Shown here: positions 1-12,940 of the stretch, piece by piece
Layout of the letters: every line of letters begins with the position of its first letter
How positions within the stretch are numbered: position 1 is the first letter of the stretch
From: Eledone cirrhosa
Lineage: Eukaryota
Reading direction: 5' to 3'
Assembly (NCBI GenBank): GCA_964016885.1
Contig: OZ024740.1
Location: 365,242,001 to 365,306,000, forward strand
DNA length: 64,000 bases
The notes under the pieces: generated by a model
What the model was told of the DNA's origin: nothing
The model's input: only the letters and a program-made list of their open reading frames with translations
The model's database searches: none
Program-made: the position numbers and the translations under genes

Positions 1-1063
1 AGCCCAGATGTTATGGGAGAATGTTATCTAGTGTATGGGACCCCAGGTGCAAGCCGCCCTGTGGTTCCAGCTGATAAAATGTAGAAAGCCTTACATCAGA
101 GAATAGCAAGGGAGACACATCGAAATAGCCATTTCAACTTATGGGGCTTTCTCCTGCTGATGACTGACTCAGCCATGAGTAAGGAGATGGTAGAGTTGAA
201 GAATGCTGGCTGGCCCCACAACAACACACTGATCAGAAAGCAGCCGATACTTCAACAGCTTGTGATTTTCAGCTTGTTGGGCAACTAAGCTCGACTGGAT
301 CTGTTGCCAAATGCACCAGGTTGTCGCTGGAGAAAGTGTCACTGCATGTTGCATCTCAGATGAGGGGCTTACCAAATGTTGTTCCTTCAGTCCAACTTCA
401 CCTCACTAAGGGTGACATGGCATGGGGGGTAAGTGGCACTGTGACAGTATGACTCTGGGTGAAGGCCAAAAGTATCCACTGTGGAGCCTCAGGGAGACAC
501 TATATATTTATGTGTAGACACTACACTTTTATGGTTTCAGTCCAATGCTGCATTTTCAAAGGAGGAAACTACCAAAGTTGACTGGTCATTTAAATGTGTT
601 GAAAAGCTAGCCTGTTATTTCAGTCTACATTCCACTTTGGTCTTTGTGAGGAGAATAATTATGAGATAGGGTTTTTTAAGTACAATTTTATAGGTATTTT
701 TACAGCCCTTTTGAGACATTCTCCAGCTTGTATGATAGGAATTTGAGAGAAATTCACCAGGAAAAATAAAACATGAAACTAGGATGGACTTGCCTGAAAG
801 AAAAATCAGTCAAGTGTTTTGAAGCATATCATGTTCATGTTGAAGGACTGCTTTGTTTCCACTTAGCTATATTCTCTAGTGTTAAATGATTGGTAGCTAT
901 TCTCTAGTGATAGATGATTAGCAGTAGTATTGCTATAAAAACTTCTCTGTACTCAACACTGTGTTTATACTAATGATTCTAGTCAGTAGTTTCAGTCTTG
1001 TTTTGTTCTCTCTCCCCCTCTCTCTATTTTGATTATACTTTTTTTTTGTTTCCTATAATTTAG

Positions 1064-1146
1064 GAAGCTCTCTTATCCATATTCACCCTTTTATTATCGA
1101 TGACATTAGTTATGTTACTTTGCCAATTTACTTCATTGATAAATCA
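1064..1146 (+). other. Candidate 83-nt exon
   Basis: T-rich tract and tttAG acceptor, GTGAGT donor at 1147. Two frames are open. No homology recognised. Confidence 0.35.
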
Positions 1147-3207
1147 GTGAGTATTAGACTTTTCAGGGAAACTAATAGTGTTGGTCTATGTGAGCAATTA
1201 GGGAGTATAAAGAGTTTTAAAAATGAAGTAGTATGAAAAGTTCAAAATTGGGATAAATTAGTTTGTTGTTAGAAAGAAGAAAAGTTGAACATTTCAGGCA
1301 ATTCCCTTCTTGAAATTACTATTGTTGATTATTTTACAGTTCTGTTTCTTAATCCTTTCTTTACCATATTTCAGTAGAATACACTGTTATATTATACATC
1401 AATTATTTAATTAATTTTGAAAATAATCAAAAATTAGGGGGAATTTAGTAAAATTATTAAACTGATGTTTGGAACATAACTTAACAAATGTTCTTGAATA
1501 AAATAATGATGGAGGGTTTTATATAGATATAAATACTTTAAAATAAACAGCTTTGTAAAGTAGAACCAGGTGTAAGGTTTTAGGTGCTTTGGTATGAAAA
1601 GGGTTGATGTAGATACTGAAATCATTGAATATGGTGGAGGACTGGTGGCAGTTATATCTATTTTCATCACCTCATATCAGTTCAAAATCATACCACTTCA
1701 GAGTCATTGAAATAAGTATCATAATCATCTCTATTCTCTCCTTAACACTTTTGTCACCAACCCACCTGAAACTATCTCATGTTTCATAATACAAAACTCC
1801 TAATTTTAACATGTTCATATTCAGTTTAAATCTTCCATTATAATTTTATAAGAAACTTTTAAGTTAAATTACAAACACCAGCTTAAAAATGAAAATCCTT
1901 AATTGAAATATGTTTCATTGCCATGAGGTTAAAAGAAACTAATACATATCTATTGCAGCTTTCAGGTAAATACCTAATCAAAAATTTTGACTGTTGTTGA
2001 GTTTATTATCGTTAGAAGTTAAGGTTTTAGTTCAGGAAGCCAATGTGTCCACATGGATGCCTGAGGGTTGTACCATCTGCTTACAAAGTATATACAAGAG
2101 GCCATGGCTGACCACAGGTTTGCATATGGAATGTTCTTCTCCAAGGTACAAACTTGAGCAAGGTGTTTACTAGGAGACCAGAAGTGACCAATACATGCAA
2201 GTCTTCTCCTGGATCAAAACAAATTCTGCCCCTCAACTAGTGCTTTATTTATTAATTCCAAAAAGGATGAAAGGTAAAGTTAACCAGGATGAATTTTGAA
2301 CTCAGAGTGCAGAGATGTGTGTAATTAATACTCTAAATGTTACTAGTTGTATAGATTTACTACAATCAGGTATCTTCACTATTGCATCAGGTTGCTTCAC
2401 TATTGCTCTACCTGGAATGGACCTCCATCAGTTTTAACAACATATCTCCCAGCTGTTGATTCAATAGAATAACTTGCTCATAAAATTAACATGTAAGTAA
2501 CTGAGCATTCCACAGATACATACCTATGACATGATTCTCAGAGATTCAGTGTGACAAAGTTTGACATGGTTGGTTCTTTGAATTACAGCTACAGTCCATC
2601 TGACGGGGTTTCCATTTACTCAGTTTCACTCATAATGCATGGGTCAACCCGAAGCTATAGTAAATGACACTTGTCTGAGGTGCTCTGCAGTGGGATCTAA
2701 TAATTGCAAAGCAAACTCCTTAACCATTCAGCCATGCTGTATCCTCAACTCTTACTAGTAGCATTTGCAATGATGGCATCTAGCAAACTAGCTTGATATG
2801 TTGAACAGGCCAAAACCTTTGCAACATTAATCATATGGCTGTTGACAGGCTCCAATTTTCAATGCTGCTTTTCAATTGGTTGTTGTCATAAATTCAATGA
2901 TACATGGCAAGTTCACTGAAAATAATTAATGCCAATTATATTCACTGTTGATCCAACAGTTAACATCTCTTTTGCATATGAAAAGTTTTGGTGGGGAAAC
3001 TGATAACAATCAATGAATGAATCACCTGGTAACAATAGAACCATAGATTGCCAAGCCACATATGACAATACCTCCTCTTATAACACAGGGCCTGAACAGA
3101 ATGCATAACAGATTACTGGAAGCCAAATATAGATGGAAATAGTTAAATTTAGAAAACCTTTCTCACCCTCCATCTATTTATCTCTATTTCACTCTCTCCC
3201 TATCTAA

Positions 3208-3210
<3 letters not shown>

Positions 3211-3294
<84 letters not shown>
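3211..3294. repeat. (CT)n microsatellite
   Basis: Directly visible. Confidence 0.95.
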
Positions 3295-3301
<7 letters not shown>

Positions 3302-5275
3302 ATATATATGCAAATTTTGTAAAATAAGAATTTATATTGGTGGAGGTGGCTAAGGAAGTACAATGGTAAAATAAATGCTTTACAGGATTTACTGTTAACT
3401 TCTTGTGGTTCTGTTTAAGCCATTTGGTACCAAACCATCTAAAACATCTTACTTCGGTGATACAAAACTACCTGTTATAGGTGTTTATATTTATTTAAAA
3501 AACTTTCATCATAATTTTATTTAATAACTTTTGTTAGCCCTAAAACCAACCCTGCTTCTATGAAGTAAAACAATCCACTTTAAAGGGCCTCTATTTAAAT
3601 TAAAATGTAATAATTAATAAGTTTAGTAAGTTCTTTCAAATTTTTCATTAATTGCTTGAAACACTGTACTTCATTAGAAATACAGTCACAAAAGAGTTAT
3701 GTTATGTTTCAAACACCAACTTAATAATGAGGAAGTTAGTTATATTCTTCCAAATTCTTCATTAAATAATTTGAAAATTATAGTGCCTTTCATCAGAAAT
3801 GTAGTAAAAAGGAGTTAATATCTTATAAATATGTGGCTGCTAGGAATTGTCCATGAAATACACATATGGGTTCTACAATTTTCAGAAAATTATAAAAGTG
3901 TTCCGTGACAAAATAAGTTTGGGAAAGCTTGATCTAATTGTAGCAGCATGGAAAACCTGTGACTTCTTAGATATGTATGTGACATATGAACATTTAGTTT
4001 GATAAAATTTGAGTGTTTATGGTAGTTTAGAGGCATTCAAGAACTACACATATTTTGGCACCATATTTCTAATGAAATACATTCTGCTTCCATTAATTAA
4101 TGGAAGATTTTGAGGGTGTTACTAAAATTATTTGTTATTTCATTACTAAAATAGTATCATCATCATCACCATTCAAAGTATTATTTTCTATGCTTGCATG
4201 GGTCAGACGGAGCGTCCTCATTATGAGGAAGTCGAGCCAGTTGGTTGCACCGTACCTTTCTCAGACGGAACTGTATTTTGATCAGGGTTTTTACAGCTGG
4301 ATGCCCTTCCTAACACCAACCACATTTACAGTGTGGAACTGGGTCATCTCATTATGAGAGGGGTTTGGGCAGTTGGCCATGCTGTACCCTGCTCATGGGC
4401 AGATCTGTATTTGTGAGCTAGGGGGATCTGTTATAAGGAAGGTCTGGCCAGATGGTCCAGTTGAACCTTGCTCATAGCAGCACCTGTGTTATGGCTGGGT
4501 TTTCCAGCTGCTGGATGCCCTTCCTTACAGCAACCACATTTTTATAGTGTAGAGTGGTTAGTGATAGGAAGGGCATCCAGCCATAGAAATCTTGTCAAAC
4601 AAAGAGTTGGGAGGACTCAGTTGTGTCAAAGACATGGCAACCTCTCCTGAGCATTGATGGAATGTGAGACCATACATAAGCGCACAGGTCCCTGGCCTGC
4701 CTGGGAGATCAGTGGCTTCACTGCTGTACTGACTTGGTCCATATGGACCCATCCAACCCTTGCTAGAAGGGAAAGTGGCCGTTCAAATGATGATGATGAT
4801 TGAACCACACTATTCAATGTATGGGGAGGTGCTTACTATATTTAGTACAAGGTTAGATATAGCCTACTTTTTCATTTATTTTATCGTTTTTATTGGAGGG
4901 GGGGGGGCTGCTTTTAGAGAGAACGTGTGTTGTGAGTAATACGTTACGGATAATAATAGTGTACTCCGACTGGTGTGTGGTTTCACATGTCATCAAAGCT
5001 CCACAGCTGAGTAGAGATTTTAAATTCCAACTCTACCATGCTATCTTAATGCTTGTTTCCATAGATTGGCAATGAATTAAATCAATCCAAATAGATTCCA
5101 GAAATCAATCCAATAGACTTCCAGAAAAGAGGAAAAGCAAAGTTGACCTCAATAGGATTTGGACTCAGAACATAAACAACTGGAAGAACTAACACTAGGC
5201 ATTGTGGCTTTGTTGTGCTAAGTAAGAAACCAATATGAAGGGACAAGCCATTGCTGTAGAGGAAGAAGTAATGCT

Positions 5276-5435
5276 ATACACACCACTGTGGGGGTTACAT
5301 TAACACCACCATGGAGGGTACAATACACACCACCATGGAGGCTACATTAATACCACCATGGAGAGTACAGTACACACCACCATGGGGGGGTACATTAACA
5401 CCACCATGGAGAGTAGAGTTTACACAAACATGGAG
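5276..5435. repeat. Minisatellite, ~23-24-bp unit (ACACCACCATGGAG..TAC), about 7 copies
   Basis: Directly visible. Units alternate TACATTAA and TACA(A/G)TACA. Confidence 0.85.
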
Positions 5436-5813
5436 TGAATGTTCTGCATTCACTTCGTGGTACCTAGAATGATAGAATGTACAGCACTAACAGCTGTACA
5501 TGTGGAGTTTATATAAAAGAGAGTTGTGTGGAATATCTTTCTATCTACCATATGACATTATTGTGGAATATACACCACTAAATTGTTGTATGTAGTGTTC
5601 TAGCAAATAGAATTATTTGAATATATCTAGTGATGGGGTTGTGTGTTGTGGATTTTCTTTTAACGAAATAGCTGGCACCTATGATTAAAAAAAAAAAAAA
5701 ACCTGACTGGATGCTGTGAAAATTATTCAATTTAATTCATAAACTTTATTTTTTTCTAATTTTATTTGCTTCCTTTTTTTATGTTATCATTTGAAATTAT
5801 ATTATATTTATAG

Positions 5814-6039
5814 TTATATATTTTTCTCTAAACTACATGCAATTCTGTGTGATGCTGCCATAATGGTTGTATGTTCTTTTAGCTGAATGAAGACTGTCTC
5901 AGCAGAATGTTGAATAAGTAGAGATAAGAACCATGGGTGTTTTTCTTTGTTACTTCCTACGCTATTCAATGTCATAGTATTTAATCTTATAATTAAATCT
6001 CTTGGCATTTTCTCTCTTTTCACTTTTGAAAAATGCGAG
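5814..6039 (+). other. Candidate non-coding (UTR/lncRNA) exon
   Basis: T-rich tract and tAG at 5813, strong GAG|GTAAGA donor at 6040. Stops in all three frames. Confidence 0.25.
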
Positions 6040-6404
6040 GTAAGATGAGAAGAAGGTGGATTTCAATACATGTTCTCCTCTGATTAAAGCTTCCTCCATC
6101 AGTATCCTTGCATTCAAAGGTATCTTTTTATACAGACTTTTCTGAAATTTATGTAACTTCTAAACTAAAATTCTATCATTTAAGCTTTAATAAGTGTGGT
6201 GAATTGCATTTGATTTATTACACAGCAGCTAGAAAGTGAAGCAGACTATTGGGAAAAATAGTTGTGGCTTAATGTGATTTAATTTTTAATTTATTGCCTA
6301 ATAAATACCTACAATATTATTATATAATATAGAACTAGCTGAAAATACTGAAAACTGAAATGAATGAATATAGGTTGTTAACAGAAGTGGAGGTAAACCA
6401 GAAT

Positions 6405-6666
6405 TAATCCTTTCAATATCAAACTGCCTGAAACTGGTGCAGGTTTTACTATATAAAACTGTTTATTTTAATGTGCTTATATTTATCTAAAAAAAATCTT
6501 CCATCGTAATTTTATTCAAGAACCTTTGTTAAGTTATGCTCCAAATATCAGCTTAATAATGGGGATGTTAGTTATATTGCTGAGTCTCTCCAAATTCTTG
6601 ATTATTTAAAAAATTATATGAGATGGTAATGTCTTTCATTAAAAATATAGTAATGAAATGGTTAAA
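6405..6666. mobile_element. Representative of an abundant old TTAA-flanked piggyBac-like MITE (many decayed copies, e.g. ~1350, 1740, 3415, 25660, 26280, 29390, 35340, 56140, 58995, 62940)
   Basis: Recurring ends TTAACCCTTT(C/T)GATACCAA.. and ..GGTAA(C/T)GAAAGGGTTAA, with a shared AT-rich internal sequence. Confidence 0.65.
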
Positions 6667-6939
6667 TGTAAAAATGAGTAAAATTTGAAGGAGAAAAACA
6701 AAACAAAGCAGGAAACAATTGTATTGATTGGTGGATAAATAATAGAAATATATATTTCTTATTGAATTCTGGGTGAAAAATAGATATTCAAAATATCAAC
6801 ATATTAGGCAACCACAGTGATTAGATTTTTTTATCTTAACTGTTTTGTTACTGTATTTCTAATGAAATACGCTGCCTATTGTGTTTCAATTTATTTTGGA
6901 TATAATAAAAAATTTACACAACCTTCAGAAGAAGAGAGG

Positions 6940-7385
6940 TAGTTGTAAAAGCCTAACTCGCTAGCTTCAACATGGTGTTCATGCCTACCCTCCTTACCTT
7001 TCAGTCATCTTGGGTAATGTCCAAAAGAATACAAGCAGCCCAATTTGGATTCCTGCAAAGAACCTTTAGAGTATCATTATTCAATAGGGTGTGTAGTTCA
7101 GAGATCAGGGAGTCACTCCAGGTAGAGCCATTACTTTCCACCGAGAAATCACAGCTGCGGTATTGTGGATATGTGGTTAGAATGTCTAAGGAAAGAATCG
7201 CTGGACAAATTTTCCAGGCAAAACCAACTGGCAAGAAACCCATAGGTAGACCAAGAGCACGATGGTTTGTCTTGCTTGAGGATCCAACCTGATCATTTAG
7301 AGATGGTTGCTTCTGATGGGACCCTCTGGAAGGCATGTCTGAGGACTGCCACCATGACACTCCCAGGAATGTGTGGAAAGAAGAA
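6940..7385 (+). mobile_element. RTE LINE 3' fragment nested in a TTAA MITE
   Basis: ORF 6972-7292 (SSEIRESLQVEPL..QLRYCGYVVRM..GRPRARW). Confidence 0.8.
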
Positions 7386-7640
7386 TAAAAAACTTAGAAG
7401 AATTTGATAAAGTAATTAACTTTTTCATTAGTAGGCTGATGTTTGGAAAATTATTTGACAAAAATTTCTTAAATAAAATTGTGATGGAAGGTTTTTAATA
7501 TTAAGTGCAAACATTTTAAAATAGGCAATAGGCAATTTTGTATCTTAAAACTAGTAGGCACTTTCAGATGGGTTGGTATGAAAAAAGGTTAATCTATAAA
7601 AAGAAAGACAGCAAACTGGCAGTCATTAGTGCACCAGATT

Positions 7641-7829
7641 AATTGTTTCTACTTTTGGCACAAGGCCAGCAATTACCCAGTGCATTACTGGTACTTTATT
7701 TTATCGACCCCGTAAGGATGAAAGGCAAAGTCAACCTCGGCGGGATTTGAACTCAGATCGTAAAAGGGACGTAACTATGCTGGAAAGCATGGCGTCCGAC
7801 CCTCTACCGATACTGCCAATCCACCGCCC
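7641..7829 (-). mobile_element. Young tRNA-derived SINE with Nin/Deu-like domain, full length
   Basis: A box TGGCAGTATCGG, B box GAGTTCAAATCC, then GCCTTTCATCCTTACGGGGTCGATAAAATAAAGTACCAG. 18-bp TSD TTAGTGCACCAGATTAAT. Confidence 0.9.
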
Positions 7830-8281
7830 TTAGTGCACCAGATTAATGCCTTGGTATTTGTTTTAACTCTCTGCTCTCTGAAGCCAACTTTGCCTTTCAT
7901 CCTTTCCTGGTTGATAGATATAGCATCAGCTGAGATGGTGGATTGACAGGCTGCTTTGCAGTATTTAATCTGGCTCTATACTTTCTGAGTTCAAATCCTC
8001 CCTCCTTCTGCCAGGAGATACAACCAGCAGATAGTATCAATAATGAAAAGACCAATAGAAATATTGTTTCTTTGGTCTGATTTGATTGACAGATAGTATC
8101 AACAATGGAAACACAGTCTCCTTGGTCTGATCTGCAAGGATACGTTTGCAAACATTCTGTTCCAGGGATGAACATAATGGATTTATTTAATTAGTTATCA
8201 ACTATCGGTTTGATGAGTTGCATTTTTTTTTTTTTTTTTTTTTTTTTACATATATTTTATATATATCTTTTAATGTTTTAG

Positions 8282-8370
8282 ATTGACCTGAGAAGTCATC
8301 TCTTCCTATCTTATTCTGTAAACTGCTTTAGATCATGGAAAGTGGAAAACATATGGGCAGATGGTTTCAG
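8282..8370 (+). other. Candidate exon (alternative donor at 8433)
   Basis: Poly-T upstream, tttAG acceptor, CAG|GTATGC donor. Phase-0 frame is open (IDLRSHLF...WADGF). Confidence 0.3.
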
Positions 8371-8696
8371 GTATGCAGTTAAAAAGAAAGAACTGTTAGT
8401 GTGAAAAACAAAAACTGAAAACAACAGCCAAGGTAAAAGCTACAGTCTAAAATTCTTCCTTGGCTATTGTGGTAGTGACTTTTACCTGAGTTTTGTAGAA
8501 ACACCATAGCAACACTATAATAAACTATCTTTGTTAGACTCTGCTCTCAGAATTGTGTAGGCAACTGATATGTTTAGACTCTGCTCTCAGAATTGTGTAG
8601 GCGACTGATCAGAAATAACTGTTTAGTTCCTAATATTTTTACTTATTAAGAGAAATCAATGTATAAAAATTCTCTAAGAATATGTCGTCTTAATTC

Positions 8697-8917
8697 TTAA
8701 CATCTTATACTGCATGAAACAATATAAGCAAGACATTCTTGAAAAGCACAATACAACATTATGATGGCATCACATTGAAAATTGAAACCTTTTTTTTCCT
8801 TTACTACAAATTTTCACAATGATTTGTTTATTAATAAGGATACCATAAACCTTTTGAATTAACAAACCCATATTTAAATATTTTCTGCTAAATCATTACA
8901 GGATGTTAAGAGTTAAT
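8697..8917. mobile_element. Second TTAA-flanked MITE family (copies at 55541-55753, ~59545-59753 reversed, and 37803-39397 split by an RTE)
   Basis: Shared GACATTCTTGAAAAGCACAA..ACAGGATGTTAAGAGTTAA. Confidence 0.62.
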
Positions 8918-10134
8918 ATTAAAGGTGGCATATATTCTAAGTGTATTTGGCTTAGAATAAACACAGCATATCCCTGCATGTCATACAAGGTGACTAAAAG
9001 GGTTGGCACCAGGAAGGGGATTCAACTTTAAAACATTGTCTCAAAAAGGTGCCTGCAAAGCTAACCCCTGCTTTAGTGGTGGTAGGGTCTTTAAAATATT
9101 TTTTGTACTGATGTTTATATTAAAGATGATGGTTGTGATAATGGTGTTTGGTTGGGTCAACCCTAATAAAGCAAACATATAATCATAGCAGTTCTAATTA
9201 TAACTATCCCATATTTTTGTAAGTCTAATACTGATGAAAAGTTAGTATTTTTAGTAAACCAGAAGTTGTATTCTTTATATTCAGTTAATAATTTATAGTT
9301 TTAGTTTAGTCTGCCTACATTGATTACATAACAGAACCCAAATAAATATGTGTGTGGGGTATATATATGTTTATGTATTTGTGTGTGTGTGTATATATAT
9401 AGTGCCATTGTACCTATACAAAATGACAGGGTTTATAGTTAAAAAAAAAAATTCAATTAAATAATTCTTTGATTAGATTTACAAGATATTTGAATTTGTG
9501 AAGTGCCTCTTTTATTTCATTTGCCTTCCTTCTCCCAACCCTAAACTCCTGGTGGAGTTGTAGGGGTGCTATAATGACATACAGCACTTCAAGGGCATTT
9601 TAAACCTAGCAAAGTTAGAACAGCCAGTTTCTCCCAGAGAAGGAGAGGAAGTGAGGAAAAGATATAGAGGAAGAATCGGCCCTATACTGGACTGCTACTT
9701 TTTTATATCAACCTCAAAAGGCAAAGTTGACCTCGGCTGTATTTCATTTTACATTTATTTAAATAAATTAGACTAATTTTCTTCCATATTTTCTGTACTC
9801 ATTATCAAACGTACATCCATTAAATTATGGTGACTTTGTTCTACCTATGTATGTATCTTGTCTTCAGACTGCCATTAGAATTAGTGCTTTGTTGTTATTG
9901 TAGTTCTTGTCTGAAGATAGATACATTGGTAAATGTACACATATATCTTTAGATAGAAAGTTACATAGGTAAGTAGATGGAGAAAAATATATATAAAAAG
10001 ATATCCAGACTGATAGACCATGTAGGTAGATTGACAGTTAGGTAGGTAGATAGATGTTGTCTGTTTAAATAAGTTTAGTGTGTCTTTTCTTTAGTATGTG
10101 TGCTGGTCAGTATGGAAATGTTTTGATTTGAATC

Positions 10135-10221
10135 TATAAGGCTGATGAGCAGATCGATACTGGAGCAGGTCTATCACATTGATAAGAACCTCCAGCCAAT
10201 CATCTGTGAAACTTAGTTATA
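10135..10221 (+). ncRNA. Degenerate hammerhead with a long stem II (PLE remnant)
   Basis: CTGATGA GCAGAT..CTGGAG..TATCA cat TGATA..CTCCAG..ATCTGT GAAAC TTA GTT. Stem I is disrupted. Confidence 0.6.
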
Positions 10222-10374
10222 TTTGTGTGTGTGTGTGCGTGTAAATTTACACATCCGTAGTATATAGACATGTAAACATGTCATATATATATTTGCCTCC
10301 AAATTGAAAAAGAAAAAATCTGTGTATACAAATATAACTTTATCAAACACTTTAGCTGCTTGGTGTACTATATA

Positions 10375-10449
<75 letters not shown>

Positions 10450-10886
10450 GATATGTACTCACACACACACGAACATTGAATATATAAGTAGATAGATGTT
10501 GTTTTTATTGTCTAAACTCCTATATATATATGTGTTGTCTATGTATGTTTATATAAATTTATGTCAGTGGCTACAAGAAAAATTTTCCTGTCTATATTTT
10601 AACCCACATGCACTTAAATTTTCTGTTGTACAAGGTGGTTGTCATGTCCTTATTATGTTTTATTATTAAGATATATGTGTGTGTGTTTGTGCATGTGCAT
10701 GCATTGATAAAGACATTGACTGTATGATGTGTGACTTGATTCAAGTACTAAATTACAGTACATTTGTCTTATCTCTCTCTATGTTTTCTCTGTATGTGTA
10801 GATGAAGTAGTAAGTAATTTGTTATGCTCTCTTTAATTTGAAATAGAGGTCAATTGGTACACAACATACAGCTTGTGTGTGCATAT

Positions 10887-10924
<38 letters not shown>

Positions 10925-12898
10925 CAAAAGATTTTGAAATGAGATTTGCACCTGCTTTGAAGTCTTGAATAGATAATGAGTTTGGCTATAGCTAAATTTA
11001 ACTTGAGAAAGCTATCCGACACAGACAAAATGGGTTTACCACTAGTGTATTTTAAACATTTAATTTTTTTATCTCATTTTATTTTTGTGTGTATGTGTAA
11101 TTCATCTTTTGTAATGTGAAGGCGTATTACTTATGGAGAGGGTATTTGGTCTCATAATCATAAGTCGTGAGTTTAATTTCCAGACAAGGAGGTGCACTGT
11201 GTCCCTAGGAATGACACTTCACTTCACATACTTCTGTCCATTCAGCAGAATAGAAATGAGCACCAGCATAGACTAGCATCCCATCTACGGTGGAGTCTTG
11301 TACTCTGTCGCTTAAGAACAGTGAAACCAGAATAGGCCCTTTTACAGGAGTCTTATGCCATATGCATGGCTTAATCCAAACTTTTTCAGTAAAATTAGGT
11401 GCTATCATTATCTTTATATTTTTAAAGGTGATATTTGCATGTAAGTTTTTCAAAATATATATGCATTCACAGATTGATATATCTGAGTTTCAGAAGATCC
11501 CTTATAAGAGTAAACGCAGAAATTGTTTTCTTATACTTTTGATCTGTCATAATAATAATTGTTTCTACTTTTGGCACAAGGCCAGCAATTACCTAGTGCA
11601 TTACTGGTACTTTATTTTATCGACCCCGTAAGGATGCAAGGCAAAGTTAACCTTGGAATAATAATACATGCTAGCATGGAAGATAGACGTTAAATGGTGA
11701 TGATGATGATTTATATATACACATACACTTATATAGACTAAGAAAACGTGAAAAAAACAGGTCTAATGGGAGGATATATTTTGTAAACAAGAGCAACAGA
11801 TATGCCCAGGCAAAGGGTAGGTTTTTATGTGTAGCATAATAGTAAGAATATTAAGTAAGTAAGAGGGTTGTGTTGTGGGGTAGTGAACAATAGTATTTCC
11901 AGTTAGGGTAGTGAACCAAAAGGTTTGCAGTAGTAAGAAAGGGGAGTAGATAGATGATTGTGAATAGTGATTGTAAATGAAACAAAGCTAACATATTGGC
12001 CATTCATAGAAAATTAGCTTATATGTATATGAAATTATTAGGGCAAATGAAGCCAAGATAAACCAGCATAGGAGTTGTTATTGAAACACTAAAGATATCC
12101 AGGTGAAGAGAGAGTGATTGTTCATTTGGTTAGTTATATTATTTAAAAAGCTGTTAGTTGCTGCAACATGAAGATTATTCACTATAGATGTTAATTGAAC
12201 TGAAAATGAAGGCAATGGAAAGTGTTGAGACAATAATAATGGTTTCTACATTTGGCAGAATGGAAGGAGAATTTACCCCCCCCCCCCCCCCCCCCCCATA
12301 CTTTATTTTATCGATCCTGTAAAGCTAATATGCCAGGATTTTAACTCAGAACATAAAGATATGTAAATTTATGTCAGCCCTCTTCTGATACACCACCCTT
12401 CTGGAGTCAATAATAATGGTTTCTAATTTAGACAAAAGGCCAACAATTTGGGTGGAAAGGAAAGTCAATTGAATAGACTCCAGTACTTTATTGGTACTTT
12501 ATTTCATCAACCCTGGAAGGATTTGAACTCAGAACATAAAGAACTTTAACTAAATGCTAGAAAGTATTTTTTTTTCCAATACCCTAATTGTTCTGCCAAT
12601 CCACTACCTTTGATAGAAAACTGTTTTTGTTGTAAAATGTTTATTCATATTTATCTAAAAACCTTCCACCATAAATTAATGTAAGTTATGCCCTAATATT
12701 TCATTAGAAATATTGTATCAAAAGAGTTAACAGCATAATGGAGTTGCAAAGAAAAATAAAATAAAATCATATCTGTAAATAATACTTATATTTAATATTA
12801 TGTTGACAGATATAGTTTACTGGGGGATATTGGTTGCCTAAAGGTTAGGTTAACATTTTAATGTAATTGGTACAAATATCAGTCATTAAAAACGTTAA

Positions 12899-12940
<42 letters not shown>

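Noticed and set aside
1-520. Moderately GC-rich stretch with a 68-aa ORF
   Set aside because: CpG-decayed with no recognisable motif. Probably an old repeat that I cannot classify.
5276-5435. CRISPR-like repeat-spacer appearance
   Set aside because: The spacers are near-identical and short, the context is eukaryotic and there are no cas genes. It is a minisatellite.
8532-8610. ~41-bp direct duplication (similar cases at 51103-51200 and 52250-52390)
   Set aside because: Ordinary local tandem duplications with no further structure.
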